Origin: Tubulanus polymorphus
Lineage: Eukaryota; Animalia; Nemertea
Direction of reading: 5' to 3'
Length of the DNA: 64,000 nucleotides
Assembly (NCBI RefSeq): GCF_964204645.1
Contig: NC_134035.1
Coordinates: forward strand, 496,001-560,000
Below the pieces are notes generated by a model that made no database searches, was not told the DNA's origin, and worked only from the letters and a program-made list of their open reading frames with translations. A program made the position numbers and the translations under genes. Positions 1 to 13,180 of this stretch are shown piece by piece; the stretch's first letter is position 1; every line of letters begins with the position of its first letter.

Positions 1-36
1 CCTATGAAATTAATTAGAATTTCAATTATTGCGGAA

Positions 37-663
37 AAGGGCACTTTATATTGCAAAAAATGGCACGTTTCATTGAATCAATTGCCAAAAGGCACGTTAT
101 ATTGTCAAGAAGGGCACATATATTGCGAAAAAGGGCACGTTCATTTGCAAAAAAATTAAGAAAAGTGCTCCAAAAATAGTTTGAAAAATCCTGTTATGGG
201 CACGATTGATCTCCAAAATGAGGGCGCATGTGTTCAATCATATTACCGTACTGATGTGCTCTGACAGGGCACAACTCTGTGACTATCGGCACGTTCAAAT
301 TGCCAAAAAAATCCTAAAGGCACATTGTATTGCCAAAAGGGCACGTTCATAAAAATTCAGAAAAGGGCTCAAAAATAGTTGGCTCAAAAAAATGACTAAT
401 AACTATCACATTCTAAAAGGGGCACATTCAAATTGCAATAAATACTAAGAGTGGTTTGTTATTGCCTAAAATTCAGACAAGGGTATTTTTGCTATTTTGA
501 TGCCTCAGATGCTCTGATAGCTGGGCTTCAAATTTTTAACTGATTCTAAACCCCTTGGTGGCTTCGTACCTTCGGTGCTCGCCTCGTCGTGGTAATACAA
601 ATCCGGACAGGTGCCCTCTTGAATGAGTGCTACCCCTTGAATTTGGGCCTAGATCCGCCCCTG
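37..663 (-). mobile_element. Terminal part of a non-autonomous DNA transposon (hAT/MITE-like) with repeated subterminal (A)AGGGCAC motifs
   Basis: About ten GGGCAC-type motifs between 37 and 430. The region ends in AGATCCGCCCCTG (reverse complement CAGGGGCGGATCT), resembling the CAGGGG-type termini of invertebrate MITEs. The other end lies outside the window. Confidence 0.4.
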
Positions 664-1066
664 GAACCGATACCAACCAAACACTTTCAAAAATAACTTG
701 AAACCTTATTTAGAAATAATTGCGATTAAGATTTCATCCCCGGCTTTAATTACTCTTGTTAGCTCATGTTTTATTAGTAAAAATGTTCATGTAAGTCCCA
801 GACGAAGTCTCTTGATATTTCGGCTAAAACATTTACATGGTGTATTGTTTTTATATACTTGTAATCGATTCTAATAAATTAATCGATTTTCAATCGTCAT
901 TGTAATAATTTTGTTCTTTTTGAATAAATTTCTTTTTAATGTTTCGGATAATTCTATTGATTTTCCTTGTGTAACAATGAGTGAATTGCTAGCTACCTCC
1001 TGAGGGAGAGACTCTCTTTAGTGCCTGCGGACCATGGGGGAGAACATGGGGGAGAACATGGAAGAG

Positions 1067-1405
1067 GCGTATCTCTTTAACACCCGTATTGCTCGGGTTA
1101 GTTTTACTACCAACAGGTGGCGCTGTATGTAAATTTCACATAAATCAACGACTTTCGGCTATTAGCGGTACTTAAGACCACTTGAAAACATCGTAGTCAA
1201 TTACGGTAGTAGTGAAAATAAAAAGATACAGTACAAAGATACAGTACGGTGTACAGTTAAGGACATGATTCCATAGCACCGATACTAGAGACATTTCATT
1301 CAGACAAGGACTATTAGTTAAACATAATCTTCATGACATTTTCAGCAATTAATGATCTGTTGAATTAATTAGTAATTCGGTCTTTCGGTGGTTCGAGATA
1401 AAATG
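1067..1405 (-). repeat. Partial copy 1 of the Helitron-like repeat unit
   Basis: GCGTATCTCTTTAACACCCGTATTGCTCGGGTT... recurs almost identically at 2211 and 3772. This copy breaks off after GAGATAAAATGCC. Confidence 0.8.
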
Positions 1406-2016
1406 CCTCGAGATAAAATGTAATATTCATTATCGTGTTTTATTATGAACTATTTTCAGTAAAGCCCATCCTTTCATCAGTCAATCTATTATTGTGCTGT
1501 ATTTCTGTAGAATTTGCAGCGCACGACTTAATTAGACTTAAAAGTGAAATCAGATACTGAACCGACAGAGCGTAACGAACGACTCGCGTGCCGCTTGTCA
1601 AAAGCCAGAATGATTCGCTGAAACGACAAAGCGTAACCGACTGGTTTAACGTGCACTTGGTGGGCTTCCTGGTCGTCCCACTTCGGTGCACACAAATTCA
1701 CTCCTTTGAGGCAATCATGAAATTCAATTTCAGCTTTTAAAGCTCAAAGGAAAATAGCTAAAAGTTTTAGTTATTTCAAAAATGTTTAGCCGGTAAGAAG
1801 GTCAATTTTGACTCGGACACAAGCAAGATTTGGGTGCAGGTAGGTGGCCGTAGGATTTTCAACGCCAATGCGTGAATCAAAATTATCGCTTAAAATACTG
1901 AGCTCTATAAAAAAGCTGCTCAAAGATTCTACGTTTGTTGAACGCTTTTTTATTACTCGCATGCCGCAGAAAGTGTCATATCAACCTCTACCGTCAAGTG
2001 CTGCCAAAAAGCAGTG

Positions 2017-4918
2017 TCAGTGAAATCGTGTGGACTCCAGTCAGGTCCAGGCTTCTACTTATCAGAAATTATTGAAACATGAAACATGAAGCTAGGTCAA
2101 TAAGCAATTTCTTTTTATGAATGACTTTAAGAAAACTGGAAAAAGAGAAACATCTGTACCGGTATCGTACCGGTACATTTTTTTGCCATTATGAGAATGC
2201 CGGTTTGCTAGCGTATCTCTTTAACACCCGTATTGCTCGGGTTAGTTTTACTACCAACGGGTGGCGCTGTATGTAAATTTCACATAAATCAACGACTTTC
2301 GGCTATTAGCGGTACTTAAGACCACTTGAAAACATCATAGTCAATTACTATAGTAGTGAAAATAAAAAGATACAGTACAAAGATACAGTACGGTGTACAG
2401 ACATGATTCCATAGCACCCATACTAGAGACATTTTATTCAGACAAGGACTATTAGTTAAACATAATCTTCATGACATTTTCAGCAATTAATGATCTGTTG
2501 AATTAATTAGTAATTCAGTCTTTCGGTGGTTCGAGATAAAATGCCCGCAAAATAAGAACCTAACGAACCAGGGCTGACCACAAATTGCCCACCAGATAAA
2601 TTTTCGAAACGACACAATCCAATCATGTTTGGTATCAAATAACTCGTGGCTCGGACCATGGTCTATTAACTGACCACTGCATGACCAGTACCATATATAG
2701 TAAATTATTTGTTTTGCAAACAATTAAGTTGTTTGGTCTCAAATAACTAGAAATGATGAGGGCATTAATCTAAAAATTTTTTGACTGACCAATACTTGAC
2801 CAGTACTGACCAGTTATCAGTGCTAACCATAACCCCCTATAAGTAATTTATATGTTTAGTAAAGCCATAAAAACGTGTTAGGGCGTCGAGCGACTAAATA
2901 TGGCGCGGGCTATGATCTAACAACTATTTAACTGACCAATTTTTTTACCAATACTGACCTTTAAGTAATTTGTCTATTTTAGAAGCAACACAGTCGTGTT
3001 TGGTGTCTAATAATTAGATATTGTGTGGGCTTTCATCTAACAACACTATTCCAACTGACCAAATCTAGACCAATACTGACCACATAGCTATATTTATCTG
3101 TTTCAGAAACAACTTAGTAGTGTCTGGTATCAAATGATTTCATTTGGCCTGAACGTAAATATAACATTTCTTCTAGATGTATAAGCTACACAAGTACTCT
3201 CTAATTACCGGTTAAATGTTTTTAGAAATGACACGGGGTTTTGCCTGAACCCTTCGTTAGAACTACTAGCTCTTATATTTAAATTTGTCGCTTGAAAAAG
3301 TCTTGTCAGATTTTTATAGTAGGTAGCGAGCTAACTTTGGAATTTCCTACTAAAGTCTATCCCAGTGGTTATGATCGCGGTGCATCAAACAGTTCATATC
3401 ATCGCAGATCTGGAACCCTGTGGTTTCTATGTGCTCAACCCTGCAAGTAACTGAGGTCAGGCAACTGCTACATTCAAGAGTGAATAACACTAAAGTTTTC
3501 CCATCCTGGTCATTCACTTCTCTTTATTCCTCTAGATTTGGTTTTTTCTTGTATATTCTCAAAAGTGCTGCCAAATAGTAGTGAAAACGTGTGGACTCCA
3601 GTCAGGTCCAGGCTTCTACTTATCAGAAATTATTGAAACATGAAACATGAAGCTAGGTCAATAAGCAATTTCTTTTTATGAATGACTTTAAGAAAACTGG
3701 AAAAAGAGAAACATCTGTACCGGTATCGTACCGGTACATTTTTTTGCCATTATGAGAATGCCGGTTTGCTAGCGTATCTCTTTAACACCCGTATTGCTCG
3801 GGTTAGTTTTACTACCAACGGGTGGCGCTGTATGTAAATTTCACATAAATCAACGACTTTCGGCTATTAGCGGTACTTAAGACCACTTGAAAACATCGTA
3901 GTCAATTACGGTAGTAGTGAAAATAAAAAGATACAGTACAAAGATACAGTACGGTGTACAGTTAAGGACATGATTCCATAGCACCCATACTAGAGACATT
4001 TTATTCAGACAAGGACTATTAGTTTAACATAATCTTCATGACATTTTCAGCAATTAATGATCTGTTGAATTAATTAGTAATTCGGTCTTTCGGTGGTTCG
4101 AGATAAAATGCCCGCAAAATAAGAACCTAACGAACCAGGGCTGACCACAAATTGCCCAACATAAATTTTCGAAACGACACAATCCAATCATGTTTGGTAT
4201 CAAATGTGGCTCGGACCATGGTCTATTAACTGACCACTGCATGACCAGTACCATATATAGTAAATTATTTGTTTTGCAAACAATCAAGTTGTTTGGTGTC
4301 AAATAACTAGAAATGATGTGGGCATTAATCTAAAAATTGTTTAACTGACCAATACTTGACCAGTACTGACCAGTTATCAGTGCTAACCATAACCCCCCAT
4401 AAGTAATTTATATGTTTAGTAAAGCCATAAAATCGTGTTTGGGCGTCGAGCGACTAAATATGGCGCGGGCTTTGATCTAACAACTATTTAACTGACCTAT
4501 TTTTTACCAATACTGACTAATACTTTAAGTAATTTGTCTATTTTAGAAGCAACGCAGTCGTGTTTGGTGTCTAATAATTAGATATTGTGTGGGCTTTCAT
4601 CTAACAACACTATTCCAACTGACCAAATCTTGACCAATACTGACCACATAGCTATATTTATCTGTTTCAGAAACAACTTAGTCGTGTCTGGTATCAAATG
4701 ATTTCATTTGGCCTGAACGTAAATATAAAATCTCTTTTACATGTATAAGCTACACAAGTACTCTCTAATTACCGGTTAAATGTTTTTAGAAATGATACGG
4801 GGTTTTGCCTGAACCCTTCGTTAGTACTACTAGCTCTTATATTTAAATTTGTCGCTTGAAAAGTCTTGTCAGATTTTTATAGTAGGTAGCGAGCTAACTT
4901 TGGAATTTCCTACTAAAT
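2017..4918 (-). mobile_element. Two direct ~1.35-kb copies (2017-3353 and 3564-4918) of a putative non-autonomous Helitron plus flank
   Basis: High-identity direct duplication. On the minus strand a GC hairpin ACCCGAGCAATACGGGT is followed ~14 nt later by CTAG (2208-2211 and 3769-3772), the canonical Helitron 3' signature. Internal ACTGACC repeats. Confidence 0.55.
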
Positions 4919-7225
4919 GCAAAAGATTTATCTCGTGGGGTTTTGAACGAACTATGTTGCGCTTTGTAACGTGCGCATTTGAGCCTGTTACGTGCACATT
5001 TCACTCGCGTGAACGTGCCTATCGGTATCATTATGCGAGACTTGTTCAAGACTTTTGAACTGAACATTAAAAAAGATATTATATCATATCATATATATGA
5101 ATATAGAAGGAATGATAATGTAGTAGTTTCGTAGCTGCTGTCCACTGACCACAGATCAAAGTTAATCGCCTGATATGAAGTATATATTGTTATAGGGATG
5201 TAGTAGTTCAGCGAGAATTCAAACTTATGGGTAATTCCGAGTGATCACTCAAAATTACCCATAAGTTTACGCTGACCAATAGAGAAAGCTGTAAGGCCTA
5301 AGAAAAGATGCATTAAGTATAACATATCTTTCAATATAATGAAGAAGTATTCAATTGGCCATCTGATCACAACAATAGTGACTTGTCTTATTGAAGCAAT
5401 TGTAAAATACCGGAGAGTTAATTGGAGAACCCTGAATTCAAAACAATTCCACACTCAATCGTTTACTTTGAAAACACAATTTACAATTTGTGGACATGCA
5501 TTTTTTCTGCACGAAAAGCATGAAGTATATTATATTTGCTTGTAAAAATTTGAAGTTCTCGGGGAAGATTTTTGGCCTAACCTGTGAACATGTCCTTCAT
5601 ATACAATTTTCTTCATATAAGACCGACCCTTAAAATAATGCTGAGAGTTTCGAGGAAAATTATGGTAGGATGTAAACTTAGGCCGCTTCGTATCCGTGGA
5701 AGGTTGCTAATTATTGATTCTATACACAATAATCATAAATACCATGAGATTCGATAGAATATCGTTTTAATCATACGTACGCGAATTATCGCGTTATAAA
5801 GATAAATGGTACTTTAATATACTTGTTAAGTCTTATAATGTTTATTTCTTTAGAAGTACAAATCAAGAGTGGATCTGCAGGCCACCTGAGACTTCCACGA
5901 TCTAAGGTCAGTTGCCAAAAGTTAGTAAGTTTACCAGTGGATAGTTAACATTAATAATGACAATTAAAACTTCATTGCTAAAATAACTTTGTACTTGTAG
6001 AATAGTCACACTCAAATGCGGAGAATCGATAATACGATAATACGATACGAAAACTCACTGTGTACAAACAAATTCAAAAAGATGATCTCTAGTGAGAAAT
6101 TGAACGTTGTGTCGTAATGTTCTAATGATAAAACTTGGTTTGAAATTTGAAATCTGTACATAGTGGTTCTTTTTCATATTAACAGGTATTTGGCCATGTA
6201 TCATATTGTATAATGGTTAATCTAAACTAACTGGTCCCAGAGTTGTATCCTTAATTCCTATAATAGAGGATGCAATCTTTTTGTGGCAAACAGTACAAAT
6301 ACCTAGAAAAAGCAACGATAGTGCATTGGCAAACTTAAAGCAAGCGTACATTGGTTTGTTTAGGTTTTTCGTTGGGAAAATTAATGTTTAATCATTATTG
6401 AAATATCCGAGGCGAGCTTTTCCAGGAATTTACAAAGTTGAGCTTTACACAAGGAATGCTTTTGTAGTCCGATATCCGTGATTACCTCTGGCGTGGAGAG
6501 ATACAATCTAAAACGTAGTCAAATATTTTACCACAATTTTCTATGATTAGTAAAAAGATTGAGTACCGGTAATAGACATAAACATGCAAACAGTAATATC
6601 TGAATTCCACTCTATTTCAAACTCATTCATCTTTACACAAACTCCAACTTGTTGAACAGTTCAAAATCGCGTGGCTTGAATTATTGCGATAGCTAAAATT
6701 AGGGACCACGATACTTGCTCATCTACACTGGCTACCAATTTAACAAAGGATTGAATTTGTGTGTTTGATGTTGTAACAATACCATACTGAATTATGGTTT
6801 CAGTTTCTATTTTTTGATTGAACATTTGTATCACATATTGGGCATCATTTTTACCAGTATATATGGAATAACTTATCCATATATCATTTTTGATTTTATA
6901 TAATCTGACTTTTGAGATGTCATTCAATCAATGCATTCGTATGCGGTCGTCGCTTTCAATAGCCACCACGGACTGGCTCCTTATTATCTCCTTAGCGATA
7001 CCTTGGCGGACGATCTCACACGTTTCTTGCCCCAGCCCTAGAATGCTCAATTATAGTCGATATGTTAATTCGATTACTCTAAAGCGCCTTTGAACATTTA
7101 TATACAAGAACCAGTGAAATTGGCGCTTTATCAGTTGTATTCATCATTCGAACCCACAATTCTCCTTATCCTATGAATGTGGAGACCCATCCTCGTAAGA
7201 GAATGAATATATAGGCTCTGTCATT

Positions 7226-7299
7226 TGATATGAGGCTACGTGTCATCTTTAATTGAAATCATGTGATTTCAATTAAAGATGACGCGTGGCCTCATATCA
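7226..7299. repeat. 74-bp near-perfect palindrome (hairpin)
   Basis: 36-bp arms TGATATGAGGCTACGTGTCATCTTTAATTGAAATCA and TGATTTCAATTAAAGATGACGCGTGGCCTCATATCA with two mismatches. Confidence 0.9.
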
Positions 7300-8224
7300 T
7301 TACTTTATGTTTTTTTTTTAAGGCTGGGCGAGAATATATTCTTATGTTTTTGTTTCTCTGAATGTTGCTATTTAAGAGTTCAATAATTTCAGTCTTCCAA
7401 ACAAAGGGTTTTTCTTTATGTTTCGTGTCCTGTTTTTCCATAACCCTATCGCATTTTAGGTATCTTTTCGCGGATGACCGAAAGTTGTTGTCCGTTTCTA
7501 GTAATTTGATGATATATGTCGAATTTAAATTTTAAAAAGAAATCAGGCATATCTCCTTGTTTGACTAAGTATGAACTCAATTTTAAGGGACACTCCCTTA
7601 AAAGGCGCCGAAGTGAAATCATGTGTCGAGTGGAGATGACAGAATTTCTTCAAAATCGGCGGAGAAAATTGAGTATTTTGAAAATAATAATTTTACATGT
7701 ATGCAAATCCGTTATATCTCTCTAGAAATAACAATACGACGACAAGCACTTTCGAATCCGACCACGATATTCGAGAAGTTTCACTAGGGCAGTGGTGGTC
7801 AGTGATGGTCAATTTATGAATTTTCAATGGCGAATCCTTTCTAGTTTGACACCATAATGCGGTATCAGGTAGTGGTCTTTCTACGAAGCCCACGCGGTGA
7901 GCGTATTATTATGAAATCTTTTTTTTTTAAACCACGGTACCACGAAGTAATAAGCATCGTTTAAGCACTTGAAACAGCCATTAACCACTTGAAACTGTCA
8001 TCATACCGCATCCCCGCAAAGAGGGGTAGTTCAGCAAACCGGAGTTTTCATTGGCCTCTCTAGACTACCCCGGAAAACTCATAATGGCCGGGAATCGGGG
8101 CGGGGTTAGGTTTAGAGATAGAGGTTAGGGGACCAAACCGAAGGTCTGGAGACCCCACTAGTGCACGGGCAGCGGGTTATCCCTGTAAAAAAGTAGTAAG
8201 AGTTAATTGTTGTAGTGAGGCGGT

Positions 8225-9070
8225 CTACGGGACGTTCATGCCTCGGGGCGTGTTCGTGTCGAGTCGTCGTGTTCGTGTCGAGTCGTCGTATCCAGTCTTG
8301 TTCGGCTGCTTCGCGGTTCGGTCTCGTGGACCCTGTAGGTGTTGGAGACCGTACACCCGAAAGTGTTCGCGGATGTGGTCGACTTGGTTGAAGTGGTCCG
8401 AGACTGGAGTCGAATTCTTCGTTCTGATGCGTGAGACGTGATGCGTGACGCGTTCTCGTAGAGACATTCCGGTTTGGCCGACGTACAGCATGTTGCACTT
8501 GGTGCATTCGATGCAGTATACAATTTCACGGGTCGCGCAATTAATTGTGCTGCGGATCGCGTGCATTTTGTTGTGGCTGCGGCAAACGGTTGTTTCTCGG
8601 ACGAGTGTACACGTACGACATCTCGGTGTTCTGCATTTCTTGGTGCCTCGACGTCGGGTTGACGGAGTTCTTTGAGTAGACCTGGATATAGAAGAATTGG
8701 AAACAACGGAAGTATTTCTGTTACGATGCGGTGAAGAGGGGACTCGGGGAGGGGGTGGCTCCGTGGGTTTGAGCTGCGACGAAGTTAGGAGTTCTTTGAG
8801 ACTCTTGTGCTTGGTGTAGGCGGTGACCGTGGTTACCTCGTCCGACCGGGCGGTGGCCGTAGCCAGTTCCGTAAATCTGGTTCGGATGTTACGGGCTAGT
8901 AGGGTTCGGTTTGCTTCGGAGTGAGGTAAGATAAGTGGTAAACGCTTTTTCGGCGGTTCGTTGGCCCGTTGTTGTTCTCGTAGATCTCGTTCGGCGTGGT
9001 GCCGTAGAGCTTGGATTTTGATGTGTCGCAGTTCGCGGTCTTTGTAGCCACGACCTCTGAGTACTTTAAG
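8225..9070 (-). mobile_element. 5'-truncated Penelope-like retroelement (Neptune-type): RT thumb end, CxxxRCxxC linker, GIY-YIG endonuclease; degenerate
   Basis: Open frame from 9070 without a Met: LKVLRGRGY...PLILPH...AYTKHKSLKELL...CRTPRCRTC...INCATREIVYCIECTKCNMLYVGQTGMSLRERVTHH...HF...H. The C-terminal motif REAAEQDWIRRLDT..PRGMN is disrupted by a frameshift and a 19-bp tandem duplication (~8249-8286). Confidence 0.9.
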
Positions 9071-9123
9071 TTTTAGTTAGGGGTCATAGTAGTTAGTTAT
9101 CTAGTAGTAGTTAGTTGCTCTTC

Positions 9124-11945
9124 TCTATCTATCTATCTATCCATCCATCCATCCATCCACCCACCCATCCATCCATCCATCCATCCATCCACCCACCGAT
9201 CCACCCACCCATCCATCCATCCATCCATCCACCCACCCATCCATCCATCCATCCATCCATCCATCAATCCATCCATCCATCCATCCATCAATCCATCCAT
9301 CCATCCATCCACCCATCCACCCATCCACCCACCCATCCATCCATCCATCCACCCACCCACCCATCCATCCATCTATCCATCCATCCACCCACCCATCCAT
9401 CCATCCATCCATCCACCCACCCATCCACCCACCCATCCATCCATCCATCCACCCACCCATCCACCCATCCATCCATCCATCCACCCACCCACCCATCCAT
9501 CCATCCATCCACCCATCCATTCATCCATCCACCCACCCATCCACCCACCCATCCATCCATCCACCCATCCATCCATCCATCCACCCACCGATCCACCCAC
9601 CCACCCATCCATCCATCCATCCACCCACCCATCCATCCATCCATCCATCCACCCACCCATCCATCCATCCACCCATCCATCCATCCATCCACCCACCCAC
9701 CCATCCATCCATCCACCCATCCATCCATCCATCCATCCACCCACCCATCCACCCACCCATCCATCCATCCATCCACCCATCCATCCATCCACCCATCCAT
9801 CCATCCATCCATCCACCGATCCACCCACCCATCCATCCATCCATCCACCCACCCATCCATCCATCCATCCATCCACCGATCCACCCATCCATCCACCCAT
9901 CCATCCATCCATCCACCCACCCATCCACCCACCCATCCATCCATCCATCCACCCACCCACCGATCCATCCATCCACCCATCCATCCATCCATCCACCGAT
10001 CCATCCATCCATCCATCCACCCATCCATCCATCCATCCATCCACCCACCCATCCACCCACCCATCCACCCATCCACCCACCCACCCACCCATCCATCCAT
10101 CCATCCACCGATCCACCCACCCATCCATCCATCCATCCATCCACCCATCCATCCATCCATCCATCCACCCACCCATCCACCCACCCACCCATCCATCCAT
10201 CCACCCACCCACCGATCCATCCATCCACCCATCCATCCACCCACCCACCGATCCATCCACCCACCGATCCATCCATCCACCGATCCATCCATCCATCCAC
10301 CCACCCATCCATCCATCCATCCATCCACCCACCCATCCACCCACCCATCCACCCATCCATCCACCCACCCACCCACCCATCCATCCATCCATCCATCCAC
10401 CGATCCACCCATCCATCCATCCACCCATCCATCCATCCATCCATCCACCCACCCATCCATCCATCCATCCACCCACCCATCCATCCATCCACCCATCCAT
10501 CCATCCACCCACCCACCCATCCATCCATCCATCCACCCACCCATCCATCCATCCATCCACCCACCCACCGATCCATCCATCCACCCATCCATCCATCCAT
10601 CCATCCACCGATCCATCCATCCATCCATCCACCCATCCATCCATCCATCCATCCATCCACCGATCCACCCACCCATCCATCCACCCACCCACCCACCCAT
10701 CCATCCATCCATCCATCCACCGATCCACCCATCCATCCACCCATCCATCCATCCATCCATCCACCCACCCATCCACCCACCCATCCATCCACCCACCCAC
10801 CCATCCATCCATCCATCCACCGATCCACCCATCCATCCATCCACCCATCCATCCATCCATCCATCCACCCACCCATCCACCCACCCATCCATCCATCCAC
10901 CCACCCATCCATCCATCCACCGATCCACCCATCCATCCATCCATCCACCCACCCATCCACCCACCCATCTATCCATCCACCGATCCACCCATCCATCCAT
11001 CCATCCATCCACCCACCCATCCACCCACCCATCTATCCATCCATCCATCCACCGATCCACCCATCCATCCATCCATCCATCCACCCACCCATCCACCCAC
11101 CCATCCATCCATCCATCCATCCATCCATCCACCCATCCATCCACCCATCCATCCATCCACCCATCTATCCATCCATCCATCCACCCATCCATCCATCCAT
11201 CCATCCACCCACCCACCGATCCATCCATCCACCCATCCATCCATCCATCCACCGATCCATCCATCCATCCATCCACCCATCCATCCATCCATCCACCCAC
11301 CCATCCACCCATCCATCCACCCACCCACCCACCCATCCATCCATCCATCCACCCACCCATCCATCCATCCATCCACCCATCCATCCATCCATCCACCCAC
11401 CCATCCACCCACCCATCCATCCAGCCACCCACCCACCCATCCATCCATCCATCCACCGATCCACCCATCCATCCATCCATCCATCCAGCCACCCACCCAC
11501 CCATCCATCCATCCATCCATCCACCGATCCACCCATCCATCCATCCATCCATCCATCCACCCACCCATCCACCCACCCATCCATCCATCCATCCATCCAT
11601 CCACCCACCCATCCATCCATCCATCCACCCACCCATCCATCCATCCATCCACCCATCCATCCATCCACCCATCTATCCATCCATCCATCCATCCATCCAT
11701 CCACCCACCCATCCATCCATCCATCCATCCATCCATCCATCCATCCATCTTTCCATCCATCTTTCCATCCATCCATCCATCCATCCACCGATCCACCCAT
11801 CCATCCATCCATCCATCCACCGATCCACCCATCCATCCATCCATCCATCCACCCAAACCCACCCATCCATCCATACGCCCGCCCGCCCGCCCGCCCGCCC
11901 GTCCGTCCGTCCGTCCGTCCGTCTATCCGTCTTTCCGTCTATCCG

Positions 11946-12004
<59 letters not shown>

Positions 12005-12069
12005 GTCTATCTGTCTGTCTATCTGTCTATTTGTCTATCTATCTATCTGTCTATCTGTCTATCTGTCTG

Positions 12070-12100
<31 letters not shown>

Positions 12101-12113
12101 GTCTATCTGTCTG

Positions 12114-12164
<51 letters not shown>

Positions 12165-12193
12165 GTCTATCTGTCTGTCTATCTGTCTATCTG

Positions 12194-12272
<79 letters not shown>

Positions 12273-12325
12273 GTCTATCTGTCTGTCTATCTGTCTATCT
12301 GTCTATCTATCTATCTATCTATCTG

Positions 12326-12374
<49 letters not shown>

Positions 12375-12438
12375 ATATCTATCTATCTATCTGTCTATCT
12401 ATCTATCTGTCTATCTATCTATCTATCTATCTGTCTAT
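9124..12438. repeat. Compound tetranucleotide microsatellite: (ATCT)n, (ATCC/ACCC)n ~2.7 kb, (GCCC)n, (GTCC)n, (ATCT/GTCT)n
   Basis: Directly visible. The long PSIH/MDGW ORFs are by-products of the repeat. Confidence 0.97.
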
Positions 12439-12523
12439 CCTAATCGTTGGTGGTAAGCTTTTACAATCGGATGGGCTTATACTTATGGTTACGTTAGGGG
12501 TTATAGATGTTATAAGTGGTGTC

Positions 12524-12586
12524 GGGTCAACACGTCCTCGCAGACCCGGTCAAAACGTCCTCGCTTTCGTCGGTCAAAACGTCCTC
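12524..12586 (+). repeat. Three GGTCAA(A/C)ACGTCCTC motifs, likely subterminal repeats of a DNA-transposon end
   Basis: The motif occurs three times at ~23-bp spacing. Confidence 0.4.
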
Positions 12587-13180
12587 ACTCACGCCGGAAT
12601 AATTACAAATAATTACAACTCACAAAAACATCATGATATCAAACGCTGAGATAGGCCTTCCCCGATGACACTTCGGCAGAACACGTTCTTCAGCGAGAGA
12701 TGTCCTTTACAATATGAATTGATGGCGTAGGTTTCGAGATGCGATTGTTGTTTAGAACAAGCACCTGAATTTCATTTTTCTTTTGTTTGTTGTTTCATAG
12801 CTTTACATTGATTTTAAATTCCTGTAGCGTACAAAAATAGAAACACACATTAACTTTACGTTTATTATATTATTTATTCCGTCAATACTCAAAATTTTAG
12901 ATACATACTCTAAAAATGGAAATGGTACTTGTTCATTGGTCGTCATGATTTAGTATAATATTCATCTTATCGTAGTTTAATTTAGAACTTATTCAGGACG
13001 ATTGATTTCGGCGCGTTGTCGTCAAACCATAGGAACGACTAATTCAATCAGTCAGCAGCTGTGTCAGTTTAAACGTTATGGTCGTAATTGTATTTGTAAA
13101 ACTGAATACAAGAAACTGCTGCATTTATCTATTGATGAAATGTTTAGTTTAATTCATCAGTTCTATCATAGAGAACGAGG

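Noticed and set aside
8100-8131. Telomeric repeat or chromosome-healing site
   Set aside because: Only two or three imperfect TTAGG(G) motifs, too few to support.
9115-12456. 1113-aa PSIH-repeat ORF and the overlapping MDGW-repeat ORFs on the minus strand
   Set aside because: Translation of a tetranucleotide microsatellite. Open in many frames on both strands, no ATG start for the plus ORF, no unique domain.
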